In this document: in pieces, positions 35,775 through 47,595 of the stretch
Position numbering within the stretch: the stretch's first letter is position 1
Layout of the letters: each line of letters begins with the position of its first letter
Assembly (NCBI GenBank): GCA_035550195.1
Contig: DASZPU010000873.1
Coordinates: 1 to 51,509, forward strand
Direction of reading: 5' to 3'
Length of the DNA: 51,509 nt
From: Nannocystaceae bacterium
Lineage (GTDB): Bacteria > Myxococcota_A > Polyangia > Nannocystales > Nannocystaceae
The notes under the pieces: generated by a model
What the model saw: the letters and a program-made list of their open reading frames with translations, nothing else
The model's database searches: none
Told to the model about the DNA's origin: nothing
Program-made: the position numbers and the translations under genes

Positions 35775-37256
35775 ATGGACGAGCTCAGCGTAGCCGACAC
35801 GGGCATTCCAGGATTGGACGACATCTTGGGCGGTGGGCTGCCGCGCGGCCACTTGTATCTGCTCGTCGGTGAGCCGGGGGCGGGCAAGACCACGCTCGCG
35901 CTGCAGTTCCTGCTCGCCGGCGCGGCGCAGGGCGAGACGTGCTTGTACATCGCGCTCTCGGAGACGCGGCGCGAGCTCGACCAAGTCGCGGCGTCGCATG
36001 GTTGGCAGACCGATCGCTTGGCCATCCACGAGCTCACCACCGCCGAGCGCGCGCCGGAGGACGGCAGCCCGCTCTTCGATCCCGGTGAGCTCGATCTGCA
36101 CGAGACCACGAGCACGTTGCTCGCGGCGGTCGAGCGACTGCGGCCCACTCGCGTCGTCTTCGACTCGTTGGCCGAGCTGCGCATGCTCGCGCCGAGCGCC
36201 CAACGTTATCGCCGTCAGGTGTTGGGCCTGCGCGACTACTTCATCGGTCGCAACACCACCGTCCTGCTCATCGACGACGAGCGCAGCGAGTCGACCGACA
36301 TGCAGCTGCGCACGGTGGCGCACGGCGTGCTCGCGCTCGAGCTGCTCACTCCGGACTATGGCGTCGATCGTCGACGACTGCGCATCGCGAAGCTGCGCGG
36401 CGTGAAATATCGCGCCGGCAACCACGACTTCGTGATCGAGCGGGGCGGGCTGACCGTGTTCCCGCGCTTGGTCGCCTCCGAGCACCACACGCCATTCGCG
36501 AGCGAGCCGGCATCGAGCGGGATCACCGAGCTCGATCAGCTGGTCGGCGGTGGCTTCGATCGCGGCACCAGCACGCTCTTGCTCGGGCCGGCGGGCAGCG
36601 GCAAGTCGGCGATCGCGAGCGCGTGCGCGCTGGCGGCCGCGCAGCGTGGCGAGCGGCCGGCGCTGTATCTGTTCGACGAGAACCGGCGCACGTTCCTCAT
36701 GCGCTCGCGCTCGCTGGGTATGGAGTTCGATCGCCAGCTCGAGCGCGGCGCGCTCACGCTGCGGCAGGTCGATCCGGCCGAGCTCTCACCCGGCGAGCTC
36801 GCGGCCGCGCTCCGTCAGCAGGTCGAAGAGCAAGGCTGTCGCTTCGTGATGATCGACAGCCTCAACGGCTATCTCACCGCGATGCCGGGCGAGCGCTACC
36901 TCGTGATCCAGATGCACGAGCTGCTCATGTACATGGCGCAGCGCGGCGTCACCACGTTCCTCGTCGTCGCGCAGCACGGGCTGCTCGACGCATCGAGTGC
37001 ACCGGTCGATCTCACCTATCTCGCCGATACGGTGTTGTGCACGCGCTACTTCGAGGCGCGTGGCGAGGTGCGCAAGGCCGTGTCCGTGCTGAAGAAGCGC
37101 TCGGGTCGGCACGAGAACTCGATCCGCGAGCTGCGACTCGGTGCAGACGGTGTGTCGGTGGGCGCCCCGCTCACCGGATTCCATGGCGTGATGACCGGCG
37201 TGCCTCGCATCGTCGGTGCCGCGCGTACGAGCTCCCGCGATGAGCCGACCGAATGA
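35775..37256 (+). CDS. kaiC: KaiC-like double RecA-domain ATPase
   Basis: Two KaiC/RecA-type halves with Walker A GEPGAGKT and GPAGSGKS, plus GIPGLDDILGGGLPRG and GITELDQLVGGGFDRG openings. Confidence 0.88.
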   Translation: MDELSVADTGIPGLDDILGGGLPRGHLYLLVGEPGAGKTTLALQFLLAGAAQGETCLYIALSETRRELDQVAASHGWQTDRLAIHELTTAERAPEDGSPLFDPGELDLHETTSTLLAAVERLRPTRVVFDSLAELRMLAPSAQRYRRQVLGLRDYFIGRNTTVLLIDDERSESTDMQLRTVAHGVLALELLTPDYGVDRRRLRIAKLRGVKYRAGNHDFVIERGGLTVFPRLVASEHHTPFASEPASSGITELDQLVGGGFDRGTSTLLLGPAGSGKSAIASACALAAAQRGERPALYLFDENRRTFLMRSRSLGMEFDRQLERGALTLRQVDPAELSPGELAAALRQQVEEQGCRFVMIDSLNGYLTAMPGERYLVIQMHELLMYMAQRGVTTFLVVAQHGLLDASSAPVDLTYLADTVLCTRYFEARGEVRKAVSVLKKRSGRHENSIRELRLGADGVSVGAPLTGFHGVMTGVPRIVGAARTSSRDEPTE

Positions 37257-38742
37257 CGACGAGCGCGTGATCGTGTGGGCGCCGCGCGGGCGCGACGGCT
37301 CGCTCGCCGTCACGATCCTCGCGGGCGCGGGGCTCGTCGCCGAGTCCGTGCCCGACATCGAGGCGCTGCTCACCGCGATCGACGAAGGCGTCGGCTGCGT
37401 GATGGTGACCGAGGAGACGCTCACGAGCGCCGTGACGCGAGGCCTCGTGCAGAAGCTGTCGCGGCAGCCGCCCTGGTCCGATCTGCCGCTGCTCGTGTTC
37501 GCGAACCCGGCCCCGCGCATGCGTGCGATCGCCGATGCCAGCAGTCCGCTCGGCAACGTCACGTACCTCGAGCGTCCGGTGCAGATCCGTACGTTGCTCG
37601 CGAGCGTGCGCTCGGCGTTGCGCGGGCGTCGACGCCAGTACGCTGCGCGTGCAGCCATCACCCAACGCGACGAGTTCCTCGCGATGCTCGGACACGAGCT
37701 GCGCAACCCGTTGGCCGCGATCGTGCTCGCCAGCGATCTGCTCGGCGATGCGGCCGAGGGCGAGCACTCGCGCGAGCGCGGGATCATCCTGCGTCAGGCT
37801 CGTCACCTCTCGCGGTTGGTCGACGATCTCCTCGACGTGTCGCGCGTGACCAGTGGCAAGGTGGTGCTGCGGCGCGAGCTGATCGATCTCGTCGAGCTCG
37901 CGCAGCGTTGTGTCGAGCAGAATCTCGCCGCGGCGGAGGCCAAGCGTCAACACTTGCGCTTCGTCGCGGCCACGAGTGCGGTCTTCGTCGATGGCGACGC
38001 GGTGCGCCTCGAGCAGGTGCTTAGCAACTTGCTCACCAACGCGATCAAGTACACGCCGAGCGAGGGGCACGTCGACGTGACGATCGGCATCGAGGCCGGC
38101 GAAGCCGTGCTGCGCGTGCGCGACGACGGCATCGGCATCGATCCCGCGATGACGCAGGCGATCTTCGAGCTGTTCGCACAGGCGCCGGCATCGTTGGATC
38201 GCAGCGAAGGCGGGCTCGGGCTCGGGCTCACGCTCGTGCGCACGCTGGTGCAGCTGCACGGCGGCACCGTGAGCGCGCGCAGCGACGGCGTGGGGCGGGG
38301 CGCGGAGCTCGAGGTGCGGCTGGCCGCGCGTCCGGAGCCGCGAACGAACGCGACGCCGACGCAGCTACGCGATGCGCTGCTGCCGTTGTCGGTCGTGCTC
38401 GTCGACGACAACGCCGACATGGTCGAGCTGCTCGCCGACGTGTTGCGCACCGCGGGTCATCGCGTCGAAGCGGCGTGCGACGGCCCGGCCGGGCTCGCGC
38501 GCATCTTGGCGGTGCGGCCCGACGTCGCGATCGTCGACATCGGATTGCCGGGGCTCGACGGCTTCACGCTCGCGCGACGCGTGCGCGAGCAGCTCGGTCG
38601 CGACATCCGTCTGGTCGCGATCACCGGCTACGGTCAGCCCGAAGATCGCGAAGGCACGCGCCAAGCCGGCTACGACGAGCACCTCGTGAAGCCTGCGACG
38701 CCCGAGCAAGTGCTCGCATCACTGTCGGGCAGCGCACTTTAG
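37240..38742 (+). CDS. Hybrid sensor histidine kinase: N-terminal pseudo-receiver, HisKA, HATPase_c, C-terminal receiver
   Basis: H-box HELRNPL, N-box LLTNAIKYT, DDGIGI, GGLGLGL. C-terminal REC: VLVDDN..IVDIGLPGLDG..LVKP. ATG 37240 overlaps kaiC by 17 nt. Confidence 0.9.
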   Translation: MSRPNDDERVIVWAPRGRDGSLAVTILAGAGLVAESVPDIEALLTAIDEGVGCVMVTEETLTSAVTRGLVQKLSRQPPWSDLPLLVFANPAPRMRAIADASSPLGNVTYLERPVQIRTLLASVRSALRGRRRQYAARAAITQRDEFLAMLGHELRNPLAAIVLASDLLGDAAEGEHSRERGIILRQARHLSRLVDDLLDVSRVTSGKVVLRRELIDLVELAQRCVEQNLAAAEAKRQHLRFVAATSAVFVDGDAVRLEQVLSNLLTNAIKYTPSEGHVDVTIGIEAGEAVLRVRDDGIGIDPAMTQAIFELFAQAPASLDRSEGGLGLGLTLVRTLVQLHGGTVSARSDGVGRGAELEVRLAARPEPRTNATPTQLRDALLPLSVVLVDDNADMVELLADVLRTAGHRVEAACDGPAGLARILAVRPDVAIVDIGLPGLDGFTLARRVREQLGRDIRLVAITGYGQPEDREGTRQAGYDEHLVKPATPEQVLASLSGSAL

Positions 38743-38800
38743 TACCTCGACGCGGCCATGACGGCGTTCCGACCCATCATTTCCACTGTGTCGAGGTACT
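38741..38800. terminator. 11-bp inverted repeat between convergent HK and msrA genes
   Basis: AGTACCTCGAC-N38-GTCGAGGTACT; the arms abut both stop codons. Confidence 0.4.
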
Positions 38801-39407
38801 AGTCGAATCGCCGCACGCGGCTGTGGCAGTACGGCGTCTTGCCGGTGCGCTCGTAGTAGTCCTGGTGGTACGTCTCCGCCGGCCAGAAGCGATCGGCGGT
38901 GCGCAGCTCGGTGACGACGTCGTAGCCGCGCTGCTCGAGCCGATCGATCAGCGACTGCGCGACCTTCTGTTGCTCGGCATCGGTGTAGAAGATCGCCGAG
39001 CGATACTCCGGTCCGATGTCGGGGCCTTGTCCATCGGCCTGCGTGGGATCGTGGATCTCGAAGAAGCGCTTCGCGACCTCTTCGTACCCGACGCGCGTGG
39101 GATCGAAGCGCACGCGCACGGTCTCGAGGTGGCCCGAGGTCTGGCTCGACACCTGCTCGTAGCTCGGCGCGTCGACGTGGCCACCCATGTAGCCGGACTC
39201 GACCGCGATCACACCATCGAGCTGCTGCATGTAGTGCTCGACGCCCCAGAAGCAGCCGCCGGCGAAGTATGCGACGGCCTCTCCGGCCTGCAACTCCGCG
39301 GCGACCACGGTGCGGCTCGGCGTCGCGCTGCTGGATCCTTCCGACCCGGTCGAGCAGGCGGCGAGCAACGTTGCGAGCACGATCGCGCTTGTTCGCATCA
39401 TGACCAT
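38799..39407 (-). CDS. msrA: Peptide methionine (S)-sulfoxide reductase MsrA with lipoprotein signal
   Basis: GGCFWGVE active site; GHLETVRVRFDP, YRSAIFY, YHQDYY. ATG 39407 gives MVMMRTSAIVLATLLAAC lipobox. Confidence 0.9.
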   Translation of the reverse strand: MVMMRTSAIVLATLLAACSTGSEGSSSATPSRTVVAAELQAGEAVAYFAGGCFWGVEHYMQQLDGVIAVESGYMGGHVDAPSYEQVSSQTSGHLETVRVRFDPTRVGYEEVAKRFFEIHDPTQADGQGPDIGPEYRSAIFYTDAEQQKVAQSLIDRLEQRGYDVVTELRTADRFWPAETYHQDYYERTGKTPYCHSRVRRFD

Positions 39408-39515
39408 GGTACGCGCGGACACGGCCGTGGTTACAACCGTCGTTGCGCGGTCGCGCGCGCGTGACGTGAGCGCCGGTCGGGCTTGCGTCCGGCGTCGCTG
39501 TGGCATCATGCAGAC

Positions 39516-41123
39516 GTGGCTTCGCAGCGTACGCGCACGATCCTGATCACCCTCGCGATCACCATGGCGCCGGCAGTGGCGCTCGCCGATCCGCCCTACG
39601 CGGACGAGCTCACGCCGGGCACGCTGCGCGGCATCACGTACGACGCCGGCGATGCGTGGCAGCTCGGCTACTGGGAGTACCTGCCCAGCAACTATGATTC
39701 GCTCGGCGACGACGAGCTGTTACCGCTGCTCGTGTTCTTGCCCGGCATCGGCGAGTACGACGACGTCTCGGCGTGCCCCGGTGGCGCCGACACGTGCGCC
39801 GACACGGACTGCGGCAACGATGGGTTGTGCCGCAATCTGACCTGGGGTCCGCAGGGGCTCATCCGCAACGCACAGTGGGACGACACGCTGCGTCCGTTCA
39901 TCATCGTGTCGCCGCAGAACCCGGTGCCGCCGGGCTCGACGATCGAGTGGGATCTCGACGCGCTCGACGGATTCTTCCAGTACGTCATCGACAACTATCC
40001 CGTCGATCCGCGCCGGCTCTACCTCACCGGCATGAGCCAAGGTGGACGCGGCACGTTGCAGTACGTCGCCGAGCATCCGCGCCGCTTCGCCGCGGCCGCG
40101 TCGATGCCCGGTGGCATCGTGCAACCGGCGGTGAGCTGCACGTTCCAAGACACTGCGTTCTGGTGGTTCCACGGCGAGGACGACAACGACGGCCATCTCG
40201 GGCCCGGCGTGTTCAATCCGTGCGCGATGGTCGAGCTCGCGTCGATGTACGACAACCCGTCGGGCTATCCGCAGTATCCCGATTGCGTCGCAGCGGTCGG
40301 ACAGCCGCGCCCCGACGGACGCATGACGATGTTCTACGACGTGCCGCACTCGTCGTGGATCAACGCGATCGATCCGATCAACGTCGGCTTCCCCGGCGCC
40401 GAATGGGCCAGCGATCAGGGCTGCGGCATCGACATCGAGTTCCGCGAGTACAGCGCGGCCAACGACAGCGACGGCCTCTACAGCTGGTTCTTGTCGATCG
40501 ATCGCCCCGACGTGATCGCACCCGACGATCTCGACGTGCCGGGCGACGGTGCGGATCTCGATCTCGAAGCGACCATCGTCGACGACGATGCAGTGGCGTT
40601 CACCTGGACGCAGCTCGACGGGCCGGCGGTGACGTTGATGAACGACGACGCGCAGACGGTGACGATCTCCGGGCTTCTGCCCGAGACCGCGTACACGTTC
40701 CAGGTGTACGCGCTCGATGCCGACAACCAGTGGGATCTCGACGAGGTCGTGGTGAATGTCGGCGAGGCGCCGCCGCCGGGCACGAGCAGCAGCAGCGGGA
40801 GCAGCGAGGGCGGGTCGACCGACAGCAGCGACGCGAGCAGCGGCAACGCGAGCGCAGACGAAAGCGGCAGCGCCAGCGGGAGCGCGAGCGAGAGCGGGAG
40901 CGCGAGCGAGAGCGGCAGCGCGAGTGGCAGCGCGAGTGGCAGCGCGAGCGCGAGCGCCACCGCTGGCACGGTCGGCGACGCGAGTGCCGAAGGCAGCGAC
41001 AGCAGCGGCAGCGAAGGCACGGGCGAGAACGAAGACGCGTCGGGCTGCGCATGCGCTGCGAGCCCGCGCAGTGCTGGCTTCGCGTGGTTGCTCGTGCTCG
41101 CACCGCTCGTGCGTCGCCGTCGA

Positions 41124-41138
<15 letters not shown>
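39516..41138 (+). CDS. Secreted alpha/beta hydrolase (esterase/depolymerase-like) with Ig-like domain, S/G/A/E repeat linker and MYXO-CTERM tail
   Basis: LLVFLPGIGE, nucleophile elbow GMSQGG, WWFHGEDD. C-terminal GCACAASPRSAGFAWLLVLAPLVRRRR. GTG 39516 is preferred over the track start 39483. Confidence 0.75.
40863..40957 (+). repeat. Coding imperfect tandem repeat (18-nt and 12-nt units) encoding (SGSASE/SGSA)n
   Basis: AGCGGGAGCGCGAGCGAG x2, then AGCGGCAGCGCGAGTGGCAGCGCGAGTGGCAGCGCGAGCGCGAGC. Confidence 0.8.
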
Positions 41139-44138
<3,000 letters not shown>

Positions 44139-44157
44139 GTCGGCGATTGTAGGCGCT

Positions 44158-44709
44158 CTAGCGCTTCGCCGCCTTCTTCTTCGCGGCGGGCTTCTTCGCG
44201 GCGGGCTTCTTCGCGACCGGCTTTTTCTTCGCGGCGGGCTTCTTCGCGGCGGGGCGCTTTGCCGCAGCGACCTTCGGCTTCGCGGCGGGCGGCTTCGCGA
44301 CCTTCTGCGGCGCAGCCGACTTCGTGACGCGCGGGCCTTCGCGATCGAGCTGCGCCACCAACTTCTTCGGCGCCTGCGCGCGATAGCTCTCGTCGATCCA
44401 CGCCTTCAGCATCTCGACGTCGGGCAGCTCGCCGTCGTCGAACTTCGCCGACACCCATCCGCTCTTGCCGAGCCCGTACGGCGTCGGCTGCGTGTTGGGC
44501 AGCATCAACGCCGCCGCGCACGAGTGCGGCAGCTTGCAGCCGATGCCGAGCGGCTCGCCTTCGAGGCTGAGGTACGCGAACGTCTTGTCCTTCACCGCGA
44601 GATCGAGGTGACCCGGCCACGGGCTCTTCGTGTGCGCGCCGGGATACGCGAGCCCGAACGCGCGGAGCTCTTTCAGGATCGCATCGGTGGGGGCGGACTT
44701 GCGGGCCAC
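44158..44709 (-). CDS. MmcQ/YjbR family DNA-binding protein with histone-H1-like AKKP-repeat tail
   Basis: The N-terminal ~125 aa match the YjbR pattern (LRAFGLAYPGA..KTFAYL..LGKSGWV). The C-terminal ~55 aa are (P)AAKK repeats. Confidence 0.75.
   Translation of the reverse strand: MARKSAPTDAILKELRAFGLAYPGAHTKSPWPGHLDLAVKDKTFAYLSLEGEPLGIGCKLPHSCAAALMLPNTQPTPYGLGKSGWVSAKFDDGELPDVEMLKAWIDESYRAQAPKKLVAQLDREGPRVTKSAAPQKVAKPPAAKPKVAAAKRPAAKKPAAKKKPVAKKPAAKKPAAKKKAAKR
44176..44254 (-). repeat. Coding 15-nt tandem repeat (CTTCTTCGCGGCGGG on + strand, about 5 units)
   Basis: Two perfect units followed by three diverged ones; they encode PAAKK units of the H1-like tail. Confidence 0.8.
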
Positions 44710-44726
44710 GCCGGAAGTCTACGCGA

Positions 44727-46091
44727 TCAGCGGACGACGAGCGCGATCCAGGCGTCGTCCATCGCCGGCTCTCCGCCATCGGGGAGCACGCCGCACAACG
44801 CGATGGCTTCGCCGGCCTCGTCGAGCGCGATGCTGCGTGGCACCGCAGCTCCGACGTCGAGCGTGGTCGACCACACGATCTCGAGCTGGTCGTCGACTTC
44901 GATCAGCATCAACGTGGTCGCATCGACGCGCGCCGCCAAGACGGCCCCTTCGCCGACCGTGGTGATCGCATGGCAGGTGGCGTCGCCGTCGAGCGCGTGG
45001 GTCTGGCCCGCGGTCTCGTCGAGGCTCGCGGCGACGCGTCCGAGCTGCAGCGCACGCGGGCTGGCGGTGTCGCTGCTGCCGCACGTCCAGGTGCGGCCGC
45101 TGCCGTCGACCGCGATGACCACCGTCGCCGCGCTCGCACCGAGATCGTAGGTCGCCGGCGGATCGACGATCGTGCCCTCGAAGGCCGACAGCGACAGCGG
45201 ATTGGGCGTGCCGCTGAAGTGACGCTCGAGCCCACGCAGTCGTGCGCCGCCGTGATCGAAGCCTTCGATGAGCACACCCGGGTCGATGCCCATGCTCTCC
45301 GCGGAGAACGCCGGCTCGGGATACTGATCGAGCGGCAGCGCGCCATACCACGCGCGATAGGCCCCATCGAGATACACGTTGGCTGCGAGCACGAGATCGT
45401 TGCCCGTCGTCGAAACGCCGACGAAACCCGACAGCCGCATGTCGTCGTGCCAGGTGAGCTCTTGCTCGAGCCCGCTCACGCCACCCGCGGTGAAGCGCTT
45501 CGCCCAACCATCGCCGGCGACCAAGCCGATGTTGTTGTGGATGCCGACCGCGACGAACTCCTGCGCGTCGATCCATGCGAGCGCACGAAAGCCGCTGCTG
45601 GTGTCGTCGTCGTCGTCGAAGCGCCACGCGGGCGTGCCCTCGCGATCGAAGGCTTCGACCCAGCCGTTGTACACGTCGGGCGCCTCGCTGAGATCGCCGA
45701 CGACGATCACGTGCTCGCGCAGCGACACCGCGTAGCAGTCGTCGCGCAGACCCGGCATGCCGAGGGTTTGCGTCCACAGCAGCGTGCCGGTGACGCGACA
45801 CGCCGAGCAACCATCGCCGGGCACGTCGTTGCCGTCGTCGCAGTCTTCGTCGGGGCCGACCATCATGTCGCCGCAGCCCGGTGCGTCCGCGGTGGTGTCG
45901 ACCGACTCGCTGCCGTCGTCGGTGCTGGTGGGCAGGCCGCTGGTTTCGGTCGCCGTCGTCGCGCTCGCAGTCGCGGTGCTGCTGCTCTCCGCGTGCGTGG
46001 TGCCGTGATCGTCCGCGCCGCTCTCGTCGACGTCGTCCTCGCTGAAGCACGCGGCGACCAGCAAGCACGCGCCGAGGCACGAACGCTTCAC
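44727..46091 (-). CDS. Lipoprotein with one Myxococcus cysteine-rich repeat (DUF4215-type), hypothetical
   Basis: GTG 46091 gives VKRSCLGACLLVAAC lipobox. CGDMMVGPDEDCDDGNDVPGDGCSAC matches the CGDG..ECDDGN..GDGCs..C repeat. Internal start in track ORF 44727..46322. Confidence 0.7.
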   Translation of the reverse strand: MKRSCLGACLLVAACFSEDDVDESGADDHGTTHAESSSTATASATTATETSGLPTSTDDGSESVDTTADAPGCGDMMVGPDEDCDDGNDVPGDGCSACRVTGTLLWTQTLGMPGLRDDCYAVSLREHVIVVGDLSEAPDVYNGWVEAFDREGTPAWRFDDDDDTSSGFRALAWIDAQEFVAVGIHNNIGLVAGDGWAKRFTAGGVSGLEQELTWHDDMRLSGFVGVSTTGNDLVLAANVYLDGAYRAWYGALPLDQYPEPAFSAESMGIDPGVLIEGFDHGGARLRGLERHFSGTPNPLSLSAFEGTIVDPPATYDLGASAATVVIAVDGSGRTWTCGSSDTASPRALQLGRVAASLDETAGQTHALDGDATCHAITTVGEGAVLAARVDATTLMLIEVDDQLEIVWSTTLDVGAAVPRSIALDEAGEAIALCGVLPDGGEPAMDDAWIALVVR

Positions 46092-46110
46092 GTGGCCGAG
46101 GATAGCGCAG

Positions 46111-47595
46111 TCACGTCGGCGGCGTGATGCGGAGCTGCACATGGATCGCGGGCACCGCCGCGGTGCCGTGCCAGCGCTGCTCGGCCCAGCGCAGGTCTCC
46201 GCTCGCGACCACGTCGACGACCTCGAGCTCCCACGCGCCCAGCGTGAAGCCTTCGCCCTGCGTCGTGGGAACGATCGCACGCGAGAGGTACATGCTCTCG
46301 GATTCCGCCGAGAGCTGCGCATCGGTGACGCCGGGGTAGATGCGCAGCCGCAGCGGCGACTGCTCGCCGACCGTGATCTGGTTGCGACCTGCCGAGCTCA
46401 TCCACACCAGCGTGGGGGCCGACGGCGTCGCGATCGTGAGCGTCGGGTCGCACGCGAGCTGCATCCGACGCACACGCACCTCGCCGTCGCTGTCCGCGTC
46501 GCCGCGCAACAGCGAAGCGCCGACCACCTCGACGCGCGAGTCGAATCCGCTGGCACTGAACATCATCGATGACGATGTGTCGGGGTCGTCCGACGAGATG
46601 TCGAGACGAAGATCGATCGGCATGTCCTCGGGCGGCTGCACCAGCGCGAGCGCGAGCTTGCCGGCCTTGGCCGTCTCGCCGGGCGACAGATGCAGATCGT
46701 CGACCACCGGTGCACCGGCCGCGAGCACTGCAGGCAGCGTCGTGCGTTGCGGGCTGGGATCGCCGCAGCCGATCGCGGGCACCGGCGCCGTCGCGATCGA
46801 CTTCGGGGCCGGCTCGATGTGCAGGCGCGCGTGCACCTTGTCTCCGGCCGCGATGATCTCGTCGATCACCACCACACGCGCAGCGACGCGGATGCGCCGC
46901 TTCGCCGCGGTGCGAGCGGGGATCGCATACTGGTAGCCGAGCGTCGACAGCTCGAGCATGAGCTCGGCCGGCCGCGCCACCATCGCGGCGATCACCATCT
47001 CGCCGGTCGTGTCGAAGGCCTGCACCGCGATCGCTTCGGTGCTGAGCCAGAACGAGCGCGACTCGTCGGTGGCCGCGATGTCGGCGTGATCGGGGCACGC
47101 GTTCTTGCGCACGACTGCAGTCACCTCGGGCTCGTCACCGTCGCCGACCTTCGTCGCGATGTGATACGGGCCGAGCACGAACGTCTCTTCGCGCTTCGGA
47201 TCGATCGCCACGTCGTGGCCCCACGCGGCGCCCTTGGCTTCGGCTTGTTCGATCAGCACCTTCAGCGCGGCGCCACGATGACCGCTGCCGCGCGAACCGA
47301 TCCACGCGTGCTCGTCGTACGCGAGCGACACGGTACCGATCGTCTTGGTCTCGCCGGGGCGCACGGTCGCGGTGCCGACCTGCACCATCCCTTCCTTTAA
47401 CAGTGGGGGCAGGGCGGTCGGCTCGCGCCCCGCTTCGCCGCAGCGGCGATCGGCGGGAAGCTCCGGCGGCGGCGCGGGCTCGGGCGCCGCGACGGTCGGG
47501 GTCGCGACCGGCGTGTCGACCGGCGCTTCGTCGCGCGGACGATCGCACGCAGCGATCGCGAGTACGAGAGCGAGCGCGCTGCGTTCGTTGCTCAT
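46111..47595 (-). CDS. Hypothetical lipoprotein with two homologous halves
   Basis: Lipobox LAIAAC. Halves open with CGEAGREPTALPPLLKEG...RPGETKTIGTVSLA and CGDPSPQRTTLPAVLAAG...SPGETAKAGKLALA. ATGA overlap with the upstream gene. Confidence 0.7.
   Translation of the reverse strand: MSNERSALALVLAIAACDRPRDEAPVDTPVATPTVAAPEPAPPPELPADRRCGEAGREPTALPPLLKEGMVQVGTATVRPGETKTIGTVSLAYDEHAWIGSRGSGHRGAALKVLIEQAEAKGAAWGHDVAIDPKREETFVLGPYHIATKVGDGDEPEVTAVVRKNACPDHADIAATDESRSFWLSTEAIAVQAFDTTGEMVIAAMVARPAELMLELSTLGYQYAIPARTAAKRRIRVAARVVVIDEIIAAGDKVHARLHIEPAPKSIATAPVPAIGCGDPSPQRTTLPAVLAAGAPVVDDLHLSPGETAKAGKLALALVQPPEDMPIDLRLDISSDDPDTSSSMMFSASGFDSRVEVVGASLLRGDADSDGEVRVRRMQLACDPTLTIATPSAPTLVWMSSAGRNQITVGEQSPLRLRIYPGVTDAQLSAESESMYLSRAIVPTTQGEGFTLGAWELEVVDVVASGDLRWAEQRWHGTAAVPAIHVQLRITPPT

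Noticed and set aside
40863-40957. Short tandem repeats considered as a possible CRISPR-like array
   Set aside because: The units are 12-18 nt with no spacers, are in frame and encode a Ser/Gly/Ala/Glu linker inside a well-supported CDS.
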